A stretch of DNA of 64,000 bases from Candidatus Latescibacterota bacterium (GTDB lineage Bacteria; Latescibacterota; CBDEFO01), in contig OZ252149.1 in assembly GCA_965248755.1 (NCBI GenBank), positions 1,280,001 through 1,344,000 on the forward strand, given 5' to 3'. Positions 10,593-20,470 of this stretch are shown one piece after another. The notes beneath the pieces were generated by a model. That model was not told where the DNA came from. It saw only the letters and a list, made by a program, of their open reading frames with translations, and ran no database searches. Position numbers and translations under genes: made by a program. How positions within the stretch are numbered: position 1 is the first letter of the stretch; each line of letters opens with the position of its first letter.

Positions 10593-10899
10593 ATCTCCTC
10601 GTATAGTATGTTTTGTTGGGTTATGTATTTTGTTATTTACTTTTAAGAGAGATCCCTGTGTTTTACTTTATTTAAGTAGCTGTGGCTAATGAGACCAGCG
10701 ATAATGTATCAGTGTTGTTACAGGATCGGCAAAGTCAGATATTGACACGCTTCTGGCCGCAGGGCTTATGGAGTTTTCGCTGGCGATGAGATTTATCGTC
10801 TTTCTCCCGCGCCATTCGTCCTGATCCTTTACTATATTTTCTGTGCGCTGATGTCAACAGGTATCTTTGTCTCTCTTTAGAATTTAACTTGAAATAAGC

Positions 10900-11207
10900 C
10901 TATTTCATCAAGACCAGCTTCCTCGTCCACACAAATCCATCCACCTCCATACGATACACATAGACTCCGCTGGCAAGGCTCTTTCCATTATTACCTTTGC
11001 CATCCCGGACTATAGAAGAACGTAACTCTCAGGAACGTCTGATGATAGTTCTGCCTACTCATTTATGGTAGCGGGGGTAGCGGACAGATTCAGCAACACT
11101 GATACATTATTGCTGCCCGATTAGCCACGGCCAAGTAATTGTCTCCATCACCGTCTAAATCTGCTATGAATACTGATGTGGGAAATTCCCCAGCGGGATA
11201 GTTGGTT
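10900..11207 (-). pseudogene. Relic of secreted FG-GAP repeat protein with FlgD/T9SS-like C-terminal tail
   Basis: YPAGEFPTSVFIADLDGDGDNYLAVAN and DGKGNNGKSLASGVYVYRMEVDGFVWTRKLVLMK*; internal deletions. Confidence 0.65.
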
Positions 11208-11930
11208 GAAATTCAGAAAAGGTCCTGTGTATAGGAAGGCTAATTCAAAGCGGCCAACAGTGTCAGAGAAGCGCAGAAGATATTCCATCTCATTTTAGGT
11301 TCTCCCTTTCTATACAAGCCAGAGTTGTTGTGGGGACTCCTTCGTCACGAGCAGAGTAAGAATAAGACCCGATTGCGACATCTTTCTGTCGTAGTCTCTA
11401 CAATCTTGGCGTTGATATTCGTACTTGTTATTGTCTATCAATCAGGACAAAAGATACAAAGAGGTAGATCAATTAGGAGGGAAGATACAAAATTGGACAG
11501 TGGATGTCAATGAAGAATTGCGAAGGACAGGAGCATTATGTTTTCAGGCTGGAAGTGAGAAAGCCTCGATTAGTCTGGATACGTTACTTAGCTCATACTC
11601 TTACGACGTATCTGTGAAAACTAAATACCCATAGAAAGCTTTTCAATAACTCTTCTACTAAATTTCTACCGGAACAAGCCAAAACACATTGAAAAACAAA
11701 GAAACACCGTAAAAGGTGAGAGGATGTTAGCCTAAATAAAATAAAGAGTTAGGGAACAACACGAAACACGAGTGAAAACCCTTAGCTGATAGGAAGTAAT
11801 AATCTCGTATATCATTCAATTGTACCTTTTCCTATATCGATACTGGTGCATGTTCGTCGCCCGATCCGGATTTTGGTGATTCGCGATCCGTCTGAGCCGG
11901 CTCCCAGGTTCCTTTCAAGACCTCGATGAG

Positions 11931-12704
11931 TCAATATTCTGCAAAGAGTACGCCTCTGCCATCGAATTGAGTACTGATATCCGCGAGTCTCAAAGCATGC
12001 CACATGACAACAGCAGGAGCAGAGATGAGTGGTTTGGCTTGTTCGGCTTCAAACCTCTCGATGATATCGCTGGTGCGGATGCCACTGCATGCGAGCACGA
12101 CTGCTTCTGCTTCCCGACTGTCGGCCTGCTTGGCAAGGTCGAACCAGACCGAAGATGGTGAGTTGCCAATCTTCCACTCGCTGATGAATGCCTTCGAGCG
12201 GCTTTGGGTAACTTGAAAGTCGGATTGCTCCAGGTATTCAACGAGCTTGGCGGTCACCTCCGCTCTGTAGGGCGCTGCAACAGCGACACGCTTTACATCC
12301 AACGTTCGAAGAGCTTCGACCTGGGCGTTCGTAACGCTAGTGGCACCTCCGCCTGTAGCTTCAGCGATGGTGTTTCGGATGTTCTGGTCACCCGTCGGGC
12401 CGTGGACAAAACTGCACGAGTTGCAGCAGTAGATAGACACATGTGGGCGCGTGATGCGCATCATCCGCGCTGAATGCGCTATTGCATTCAGGTCGCCGTA
12501 TGATGCGACCATACCCACGCTAATTGGTTTGTCGTGGGCCAGGGTTTCGTAGCGCGTCCAGAGCAGTGTGACATCCCCGCCCTCTGGAAGGTAGTTGTTG
12601 TATTCGTCGTCATTGATGCCATCACTCGGCGCAATTACGGCGATACGTGTGGTCAGGCCTTGTTTCGCCTGTTCATCTGGCATAGGTTCATCCTCAGGAT
12701 CCAA
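11931..12704 (-). CDS. Maleate isomerase / Asp-Glu racemase family protein (EutA-like)
   Basis: YCCNSCSFVHG, VAVAAPY, VLACSGIRT with the two family cysteines. Confidence 0.8.
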   Translation of the reverse strand: MDPEDEPMPDEQAKQGLTTRIAVIAPSDGINDDEYNNYLPEGGDVTLLWTRYETLAHDKPISVGMVASYGDLNAIAHSARMMRITRPHVSIYCCNSCSFVHGPTGDQNIRNTIAEATGGGATSVTNAQVEALRTLDVKRVAVAAPYRAEVTAKLVEYLEQSDFQVTQSRSKAFISEWKIGNSPSSVWFDLAKQADSREAEAVVLACSGIRTSDIIERFEAEQAKPLISAPAVVMWHALRLADISTQFDGRGVLFAEY

Positions 12705-13863
12705 TTGTGTTCGGTTGTCCGGTCAGCACTTGTGCGCCCTTTTCGGTAATCTCAATCGTTCGGCTCGTTCCCGCTCCATACTTGCCGAGGACGCGAATAG
12801 TCAACGGAAGGTGGAACACCATGCCTGCTTGTAACCGCTCCTCATTAGTCGCACGAATGTGAAAATACGACTCTTCTAACCAGTGGGGCGGAAAACTGAT
12901 GCCTACGGAGTAGCCGAAGTTGTAGTGAAACTGGATGCGGTCTTCGATCGAGCGCATCGTGGCGAGCGCTTTGTCAGCTACGTCACATGCCCGGACGCCC
13001 GGCTTCGCGTGTTCAATGATCGCTTCGGCGGTTCTATGGGCAACGTCAAGGAACTCGTTCCGCTCGTCATACACTGGATCGATGGTGGTCGTGTACATAA
13101 CCGGGGCGGAATAGTGACGGTAGTTTCCGCTCAGTTCGATGAAAATTGAATCTCCGGTTTGTGCCTGGAGGCTGTCATGCTGGCTGTGCGACAGACCGCT
13201 GCGATAACCGACCGCCACCGTCGGCTGCATGACAAACTGGTGACTACCGGCGCGGAACATGGCATCGGTTGCGGCAGCGACAATCTCGTAATCGAACACA
13301 CCCGGATGAATTTCCTCACGCGCCGCATAGAGTCCAATATTGGTCAATTCTGCTGCGCGGCGGACGCACGCCAATTCCGCCTCGGACTTGACCATGCGGA
13401 TGCGATCAACCAAGCGGTCGGCACCAATCAGATTAGCCATATTTAACTGTTCTTCGATGCGTCGGTAGGTCGCAATGCTCAGGTTCGGCGCATTCAGTTC
13501 GATTCCCAGCCGCGCCGCTGCGAGGTTCAAGTCCTCTATTATTCCGGCAAGCTGCGAAACCGGGTCGTCCGTGGGTCCGTAGAAGACGGCATCGGCGAGC
13601 CATGAACTGGCGACGAACCGCCCACGCTCGAAGCTACATAAAAGCATTACGGGATCGCCGTCGTGCATGATGACCAATCCTCGGAACTCCCACGAGTCGA
13701 TGCTGTGGTGGCCGGTCAAGTAGTACACGTTGGCCGGCGAGAAGATTAGCAGGGCATCCAGCTCCCGTAGTGTCATCTCAACCCGTACCCTTTTGAGTCT
13801 GCGTTGGTATTCAGCCGAGCTATGCCAGTTTTCTTTCAATAAACAAGAGCTCCTTCTTCGCAT
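12694..13863 (-). CDS. M24 creatinase / ectoine hydrolase (DoeA/EutD)-like protein
   Basis: EYQRRL..., NVYYLTG, RMVKSEAEL, GYSVGISFPPHWLE, GMVFHL; start must lie downstream of the attC at 13897-14030. Confidence 0.75.
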   Translation of the reverse strand: MRRRSSCLLKENWHSSAEYQRRLKRVRVEMTLRELDALLIFSPANVYYLTGHHSIDSWEFRGLVIMHDGDPVMLLCSFERGRFVASSWLADAVFYGPTDDPVSQLAGIIEDLNLAAARLGIELNAPNLSIATYRRIEEQLNMANLIGADRLVDRIRMVKSEAELACVRRAAELTNIGLYAAREEIHPGVFDYEIVAAATDAMFRAGSHQFVMQPTVAVGYRSGLSHSQHDSLQAQTGDSIFIELSGNYRHYSAPVMYTTTIDPVYDERNEFLDVAHRTAEAIIEHAKPGVRACDVADKALATMRSIEDRIQFHYNFGYSVGISFPPHWLEESYFHIRATNEERLQAGMVFHLPLTIRVLGKYGAGTSRTIEITEKGAQVLTGQPNTIGS

Positions 13864-13896
13864 TAAGGATTTCTTACTCGTTATCTGTCCATGTCT

Positions 13897-14030
13897 TTCT
13901 AACGATAAGTTACCTGCCTGAACCCGCCATTTAGACAAGCAACTCACGTTGCTTTAGCGCTAAGTGTTCTCAAAGGCAACCAAGCTGAAAGGAGCATACA
14001 GGTTCAGGTCAGGTGCAACGAGTGTTAGAC
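13897..14030 (-). other. Integron attC site
   Basis: Minus strand GTCTAAC (contains the VOC stop) ... CCTGACCTGAACC / GGTTCAGGCAGG stem ... GTTAGAA. Confidence 0.75.
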
Positions 14031-14390
14031 GACCTTCTCTTCGCTGATCTCCTTCGGTCGCTCGTGCCGTGGCTGATAGACTCCGAGATTTCCACAGCCC
14101 GGCAGCATGAGCTTCGTCAGCAAACCCCAACCTTCGTCCTGGACCGGGCCACAGACGATTCCGTACTTTTTCATCTCCGAGATGAGCACGTTGACATCGT
14201 CGCACATCAGATAGAACTCGTGAACATCGTTCTTCTCCGACGGATGTACAGCGACCTCTGCCGGGGGCAACCCAAAGATCAACCAACCGCCACCCACATC
14301 GACGTTCGTCAGCTTGAGCACGTCGCGCATGAAAGCACGGTCGGCATCAGGTCTCGTGCTATAGATGATAGAATGCGTACCGATGATCAT
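14025..14390 (-). CDS. VOC/glyoxalase family protein (gene cassette)
   Basis: HSIIYS...DADRAFMRDVL, GGGWLIF, DEGWG; stop inside attC R'' box. Confidence 0.85.
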   Translation of the reverse strand: MIIGTHSIIYSTRPDADRAFMRDVLKLTNVDVGGGWLIFGLPPAEVAVHPSEKNDVHEFYLMCDDVNVLISEMKKYGIVCGPVQDEGWGLLTKLMLPGCGNLGVYQPRHERPKEISEEKVV

Positions 14391-14501
14391 GTTAGACCTT
14401 CACTTCCGTTCTATGACATCGACACATTCGGCATTGTACCGCACTTGCTGACGGGACGAACTCTCGCAATTGAATCTATTCCCTTGGTCGTTTACACGTC
14501 T

Positions 14502-14631
14502 GTCTAAGGACCCAAGTTCAGTTGCGGTGGGGTTTGCCGAAAAGAGGCTCGACAAACTGAAACCCGCCACAACCCCAAAAACATTCATAAAACCACAGTT
14601 CCCCGCCTTCAACTGCAACGGCTGGTTAGGC
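14502..14631 (-). other. Integron attC site (R' degenerate)
   Basis: Minus strand GCCTAAC CAGCCGTTGCAGTTGAAGGCGGGG ... CCACCGCAACTGAACTTGGGTC CTTAGAC. Confidence 0.75.
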
Positions 14632-15159
14632 GTTGGCGTGTGTACCATTCTTTAAGGAGATTTCTTTTTTGCTAGGCTTCCAGATGACACCAGAAACATA
14701 GAGTGCCCAAAGGATGATGACTGGCTGCAAAAGGGGACGCAACCAGTAGTACCACGCACCGAACTCTATACCTGCAACTGAACTTCCCTTGATAGCGACG
14801 TTAATGTTGGCAATCACAAGGAATACAAGCATTACGGCCAGTCCAATACCGGCCCATTTCCTTAAATTTGGCAGTCCCAGTCGCTTGTACAGTGCTAAAG
14901 GAAGAATCAAACCTAGAGCACCGAGTAGTTCTGCAACACCCGTGAAATAGACCAACTCAAGAGTATAACTCGCTAAAAAATCCGGGAGCATAGGAACATA
15001 ACGGGTTTCGGCACTCAGGAGATGATCAATACCTGTGAAAGTAAACCCACCCGCCATACCGTGCCGAAGAGCCATTCGATAATCTTTTCTATCCCCAAAG
15101 AAATATTGGGGGACATAAGCTATGGAACTAAACACCAGCATTAGAAATATAAAGATCAT
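14626..15159 (-). CDS. DoxX-like membrane protein (gene cassette)
   Basis: FTGIDH...YVPMLP, LVYFTGVAELLGALGL, ANINVA, LRPLLQ; stop inside attC. Confidence 0.8.
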   Translation of the reverse strand: MIFIFLMLVFSSIAYVPQYFFGDRKDYRMALRHGMAGGFTFTGIDHLLSAETRYVPMLPDFLASYTLELVYFTGVAELLGALGLILPLALYKRLGLPNLRKWAGIGLAVMLVFLVIANINVAIKGSSVAGIEFGAWYYWLRPLLQPVIILWALYVSGVIWKPSKKEISLKNGTHANA

Positions 15160-15764
15160 TTTCTCCGCCCGCTACTGCTATTTATTTACACCTACCCACT
15201 AAAATCAAACGGCATCTACTTCGCAGGTCTCTTAATGAGTCCAATACCCACCAGAATTACTCCGACAGCTAAAATGACCGCCCCCACATAAGCCAAATAG
15301 ATGGTTCCATTTGGCTCCGTTGCGTCCGAAGAAAGGACGGAAAGAAAAATGCCGCTGGGATAAAGATAGCGGCCGTAGGATCTTCTTTCTCACATATCGC
15401 TTCTGGTCCCTGGCGATTCAGAAGTTTCGGCACCGCCCTCTGCAGAATTGCCACCTCAATCGTTGTCCAATAAACCTGGGGGAAAAGGTAGCCCTGTTCA
15501 TCAAACTGTGCAATCTGGGTGTCGTTGAGTTTTATGATAATTGTGCTCTCGTTCCTGGAGTGCGCTACGTATTCGCCTTCTACGTCTAGGACACCGGCAG
15601 AACGATTGGACCTTGACGCTGATCGCCTGAATATTATGGCTTCGCGAGTGGGCGGAAAGCTGATCGTTTTGGCATCTCAAGAGTTGGTCGATCATTTGTC
15701 ATCGGACATTAAGGTCTTGAGGGAACCAGTGCTCTTGAAAAACACGTCCAACTGTTGCCGGCGT

Positions 15765-17558
15765 CTATGTGCTGCGTACCGGGATCGTGACGTTCAGGAC
15801 CACGCCCGGTTTGAGGTCGAAGAACAGGACCAGGTGGTGTTCGCCGTCGGTATTCCTGGTCAAGATCTGTTCGGCGGCGCTGGTCTTGATCAGACCGTCC
15901 GGGTCGAACGCGTCGGGCAGGTCCCACAGGGCGATGGCGTAATTCGCGAACTGAGCGTCGGTTTCCATTTCCAGTGTGATGGTCTTTTCATTTGCATTTC
16001 CGGACCACGGCAACAGGTGGATCTCGACGTCCGGCGTTTCGGTCCACGTAATGGCGCTACCTTCTTGGCTGCGCTGCTGACCGGTGTAATCGAACCACCA
16101 GATGGGATTGGGGCATTCTCGCTCAAACCGGATTGATCGTTTCTGATCTTCGATCAGAATGAATTCGTAGGAAAGCGGGTCCTTGAATGGCGGCTGCTCG
16201 TCCAGGCGCTTGCCTTCGATTTTGGGATATGAGTTTCGATGGCGCATGATGCTGGAGATACGCGTGCTCCAGGGCATGCGCTCGCGCGTCTCGAACATCC
16301 GCTGATCGTACCAGGAGGTTTGCCACCAGGTGTCGTACATCACGTGATCGGTCTTGCTGACAAAGATCGTCCGCGGCGTGATCTCAAAATGACGGCTGTA
16401 GTAATCGGCCACGTCGATTGAGCGGGCGTAGACGACCTTGAACTCTTTAGGGAACTCAAATGCCATCATCCGTTGATAGCTCTGGCCGAATTCGAAGCTG
16501 GTTTTTTCTTCGCTCTGGACCGGCGGGATTCGAAGTTTCGGGTGAGGGACAAAACCGTCGTACAGTGGATAGAGAAAGGCTGGATGTCCGCTGAGCTCGG
16601 CCAGGATCTGGGCTTCCTGCATGCCCTGGCGCAGGCATTTGGCGGCCTCCTCGATGCGGCCTCTCGAGGCGCGGTAATGCCAGGAGTTGGGTCCGAGGAA
16701 ATGCCAGCCGCCGCAGAAGTCCCATGCGTTGGAAACGACGGCGCCGCCCTGGCCCTGATTAGGCTTGCGGCAGTCGATCGGCGAGCAGAAATAGGGAAAC
16801 TCGGGCATCCCCAGCCACGGCCTGGCGTTCGCCTGCCACAGTCCGGCGTGATTGTTGACGCCAAGTTGTTCGAGCGCATTGGTGTAGCCCGGGTCAAATT
16901 CGTGCATCATCTCGATGCGCACGGAGCGGGCGCTATCGGGATCCGGCAGCAGCTCGCGCACCCTGGCCAGACCGTCGCCGTACAGGGTCATGCGTTCGGT
17001 CTCACTTAGATCTGGGGTGTCGGGCAGGACTGGCACAATCAAATCGCCGTAGTGCCGATGATAGCTGAGTAACTTCTGGTACAGCGGATCGTTGGGGTCG
17101 AACTGTTCAATCGGCAAGCGATAATCCAGAGGGATGCCGGTGGCGTGCAAGCTGGGCTCGGGCTCCGGGCCATAGCCGCCTGAGAATCGCAGCACGATCC
17201 AGTCGTCCTCAACGACCGAAAAGTAGCGATAAAACGTTTGGCCACTGGCCCACCACCGGGCCATGTAGCTACCCGGCTCCTTCGGTGTGTAAGTGACCGA
17301 GGCGCGCCCTTCGGTAAAAGTCAGTCCAATCCGCTGTTTCTCCAGTTCGTCGAGCCAGTCAGGATCCCCACCAGCCACGAACGCATCGCCTGGATCGGCC
17401 GTCTCTAGATAACGCGGAAAGATCTCGAAATGATCAGGGTAGGCAGTGTCGGGACAAGAAAAATGGAACGTGATATCTTCGCCCAGCTTGAGCAGACGGT
17501 AGCTTGTATCCCATTGAGGCAGTGCTGACGGGTCTTGGTGCTGTGATTGGTTGGGCAT
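15765..17558 (-). CDS. Hypothetical protein (possible carbohydrate-active enzyme)
   Basis: Long ORF with coding-like composition; likely start MPNQSQ at 17558. Confidence 0.65.
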   Translation of the reverse strand: MPNQSQHQDPSALPQWDTSYRLLKLGEDITFHFSCPDTAYPDHFEIFPRYLETADPGDAFVAGGDPDWLDELEKQRIGLTFTEGRASVTYTPKEPGSYMARWWASGQTFYRYFSVVEDDWIVLRFSGGYGPEPEPSLHATGIPLDYRLPIEQFDPNDPLYQKLLSYHRHYGDLIVPVLPDTPDLSETERMTLYGDGLARVRELLPDPDSARSVRIEMMHEFDPGYTNALEQLGVNNHAGLWQANARPWLGMPEFPYFCSPIDCRKPNQGQGGAVVSNAWDFCGGWHFLGPNSWHYRASRGRIEEAAKCLRQGMQEAQILAELSGHPAFLYPLYDGFVPHPKLRIPPVQSEEKTSFEFGQSYQRMMAFEFPKEFKVVYARSIDVADYYSRHFEITPRTIFVSKTDHVMYDTWWQTSWYDQRMFETRERMPWSTRISSIMRHRNSYPKIEGKRLDEQPPFKDPLSYEFILIEDQKRSIRFERECPNPIWWFDYTGQQRSQEGSAITWTETPDVEIHLLPWSGNANEKTITLEMETDAQFANYAIALWDLPDAFDPDGLIKTSAAEQILTRNTDGEHHLVLFFDLKPGVVLNVTIPVRST

Positions 17559-17586
17559 CAGGCTTCCATCCTGAATTCCATCCCGG

Positions 17587-17766
17587 TTACTGAATATGCC
17601 GGAAACTGCTGGCGCAGCGTCGGCCTGACGTTTCATTAACGTCAATGATGGCGATATCAGCCCCGGCACCTGCCAGGGCCAACGCATAGCCTCTTCCGAT
17701 TCCGACTCCTGCACCCGTAATCAGCACCTTCTTGCCGCTTAAATCAAAAAGAGACAGAGTGTTCAT
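17587..17766 (-). pseudogene. Truncated SDR oxidoreductase
   Basis: MNTLSLFDLSGKKVLITGAGVGIGRGYALALAGAGADIAIID then early stop. Confidence 0.8.
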
Positions 17767-17802
17767 CGTTGCTTCCTTTTCTAAAGGACCATTGATCTTA
17801 TG

Positions 17803-18855
17803 CTACGTAGCCGCACCGCAATCGTCAACAATTCCCTTGCTGGCGGCGACGGAAGTGATCTTCTGCCAGGTCGAATCCTCGATGTGAATTCCTTCAGCAC
17901 TGCGGGCTTGCTCGGCGATTGCTTCTGGCTCACCGGGAACCATGATTCGGTCGAACCCCTCCATCAGTTCGCTTGACTTGACCCAACGAACAAGCTCTTC
18001 AACCTGCTCGAAATAGTAATCGCGGCCGCAGAATCGCTCCGGGTCAATAAAAACTGCAAAAAGCGTGTTGGCTATGCGGGCAATACCTTCCCTGCTACAT
18101 TCGCCCCCGCTAACAGCCCCGGCGAAAATGTCGCACATCAGTGCCAGGGCAAAACCTTTATGCCCCGCCATCGGCAGCAACGCCCCCGGCGGATCACTGT
18201 AATAATCCTCCGGATCCGTCGACGGATTCCCGTCACTGTTGACAAGATAGCCTTCGGGTATCTGCTTGCCGGCCGCGCGGGCAACCTTCACCTTCCCCTC
18301 GGCCGTGGAGCACGTCGCCATATCCATAACGATCGAGTCGCCATCGGCTCGCGGCGCAACGCCAAGAATGGGGTTGGCCGATAACCGCCGTTCTCTTCCG
18401 CCGTACGGCGCAGCCAGCACGCCGCCGCCGTGCGTGTTCGTGAAACCAAACGCCAGCAGCCCGGCGTCACCCGCCATTTCCATAAATTCGCCGACCCGGC
18501 CGAGGTGTCCCGATCTGCGGATCGTCATCACGCACACCCCTTCCTGGCGCGCCTTGTCAATTGCCAGTCGCGTCGCCTGCCGCCCGATCACCTGTCCAAA
18601 TCCGAAATCGCCATCGAACATCAGGATCACACCGTCGTCAAGGACCACCTTCATTTCGGCGTCGGCGTTAAGCCAGCCTTTGGCCAGCCAGTCAACATAT
18701 TCGATGACCCGGATTACGCCGTGCGAGTCGTGCCCTTTGAGGTTACCCAGTACGAGTGAATCCGCCACGATGTCGGCGACATTGTGGCACAGCCCATAAG
18801 CTCGAAAGATTCGGGCCGTAAAATCCTTCAACACATCAGCCTTGATTCGTGGCAT
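17803..18855 (-). CDS. Ldh_2 family (malate/L-lactate/ureidoglycolate) dehydrogenase
   Basis: GHDSHGV, DGDFGFGQ, SGHLGRVG, ANPI, DMAT, GHKGFAL, VPGEPE. Confidence 0.9.
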   Translation of the reverse strand: MPRIKADVLKDFTARIFRAYGLCHNVADIVADSLVLGNLKGHDSHGVIRVIEYVDWLAKGWLNADAEMKVVLDDGVILMFDGDFGFGQVIGRQATRLAIDKARQEGVCVMTIRRSGHLGRVGEFMEMAGDAGLLAFGFTNTHGGGVLAAPYGGRERRLSANPILGVAPRADGDSIVMDMATCSTAEGKVKVARAAGKQIPEGYLVNSDGNPSTDPEDYYSDPPGALLPMAGHKGFALALMCDIFAGAVSGGECSREGIARIANTLFAVFIDPERFCGRDYYFEQVEELVRWVKSSELMEGFDRIMVPGEPEAIAEQARSAEGIHIEDSTWQKITSVAASKGIVDDCGAAT

Positions 18856-19250
18856 ACTCGCTCCTATAGAATCAGTGAGTGTCAGGTGCAGGGGAACACA
18901 AGCCCGATTGAGAGAGATCCATATGACGATCTCCCAGGATCATGATCCCGCGACAGATGTTTCGATGTATATATGGATTCATTTAGCTACGGCATACCGC
19001 AAACTGTAGTGCCCCCGTTGTGGTTGTAAAGCTCACGCGGCGATTTCCCGGAGTTTTTCTTCGTACGTGCTCTGGCTCAGGGTTAGCCTTGAGCAAACGG
19101 GCCTCTTGCGAGAACGTCGAAACTTTTCTATAACTTGCTACAGCAGGGTTGTTTATGAGAACACATTCAGTTTTTGTGAATAGTCCAGGCTAATTTTCGC
19201 CACAATACTCTTCCCCAAATAGCAAGTCATTATGAGCAGGTCCCAAAGGG

Positions 19251-19640
19251 TTATTCGTCGTCGGGCAGAAGGCCGGGACTCAACTTTGGATCGCGTCCTA
19301 CGCTGTCCAGCGCCTTATGGAGACTACGTAACAGCAAGCCGCTGTCCGATCCGAGGCGGAGCATTCGAAACCCCTGCTGGTAACGCTCGTGAAGATTCTC
19401 GTTGCTTGTGGCCAGCAAACCACGGTGTTTTCCCATAGCTAGAGCAGCTTCCTTCGCCTGCAGGATGTGCTGTGCAACGCGTGGCCCCTCCTCTTGCCCC
19501 TCATACCCGGCTGTAGATGAATAGTCGGAGGGCGCAAAGAAGAACACGTCGACACCGTCCACCTCAAGAATCTGGTTGATGCTACGACGAGCGGTCACGC
19601 TTTCAACGATGGGCACCACCATTACGTGCTCGTCGGCGGT
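19251..19640 (-). pseudogene. C-terminal fragment of HpcH/HpaI aldolase
   Basis: VVPIVES...ILEVDGVDVFFFAPSDYS...GFRMLRLGSD; N-terminal half absent. Confidence 0.75.
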
Positions 19641-20470
19641 AGGACGTGAGAAGGTCCGCGGCATGGTGACCAGAAAAAGCCAACTGGCGACGAAGCTGCT
19701 CCCAAAGCACGCGGTATAATACAGTACTTTGCAGTGCTCGTTACATATTCCATTGGACGGACTCGGTTTTTGCATTCAATTCCAGTATCGTGTCTGTGCT
19801 TCTGCGACCACCAATGGGTCAGGACTATGCGACTGGTAATACCGAAGGAGGAACTACCACGTCAAGGCTGCGAATCAGCCGCCTCGCACAGTTTCACCTT
19901 ATCAGTCTCCTTAAGCACCCTAACCATCGGCGTGATCTCCTCCCGTCCAATAGGGTCAATAAAAGTGTCCCATAAGAACTCGGTTATTGGGTCGAAACGT
20001 AGCAACATTTCAGCCCTAAAGTTCAGGTTCCCATACTCTGTATTATCCCCTATTTTAGCCCTTGAATTTTAGTTCCTATAAATCGGGATTCACGTCCTGA
20101 AGTATCTTGCATTACGCGTGAACACCTCGACCCCACGCTTGTAAAAGTTATCCTCGTATGACTTACCTGCCCCAGTCCTCGAGAAGTTGGGAACACTTAG
20201 CCTTCACCGGCAGCTCCACCTTGAAGCCCTTGATCTTCATGAACCAGGAGAACCAGACGTTGCAGTAGCAGCTGCCCTTGCTGCGCCGCCGGCGTTCCAG
20301 TCAACGACAATGCTGTCCAAGATGCCATCGCATGGATAATCCTGGATCTCTTCCGGTGTTGCCGTCGTTTTCATAGCGCTCCCTTTAGTTCGGGAACTAT
20401 TCAGTGTTCCCGAACGGAGCGAGCAGTCCCCCCATGGCGGGATTTGTTTTTCACGCCGCTTGCTGTTCCA

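Noticed and set aside
19700..20380. Short ORFs and possible gene fragments
   Set aside because: No recognisable motifs; cannot be supported without a search
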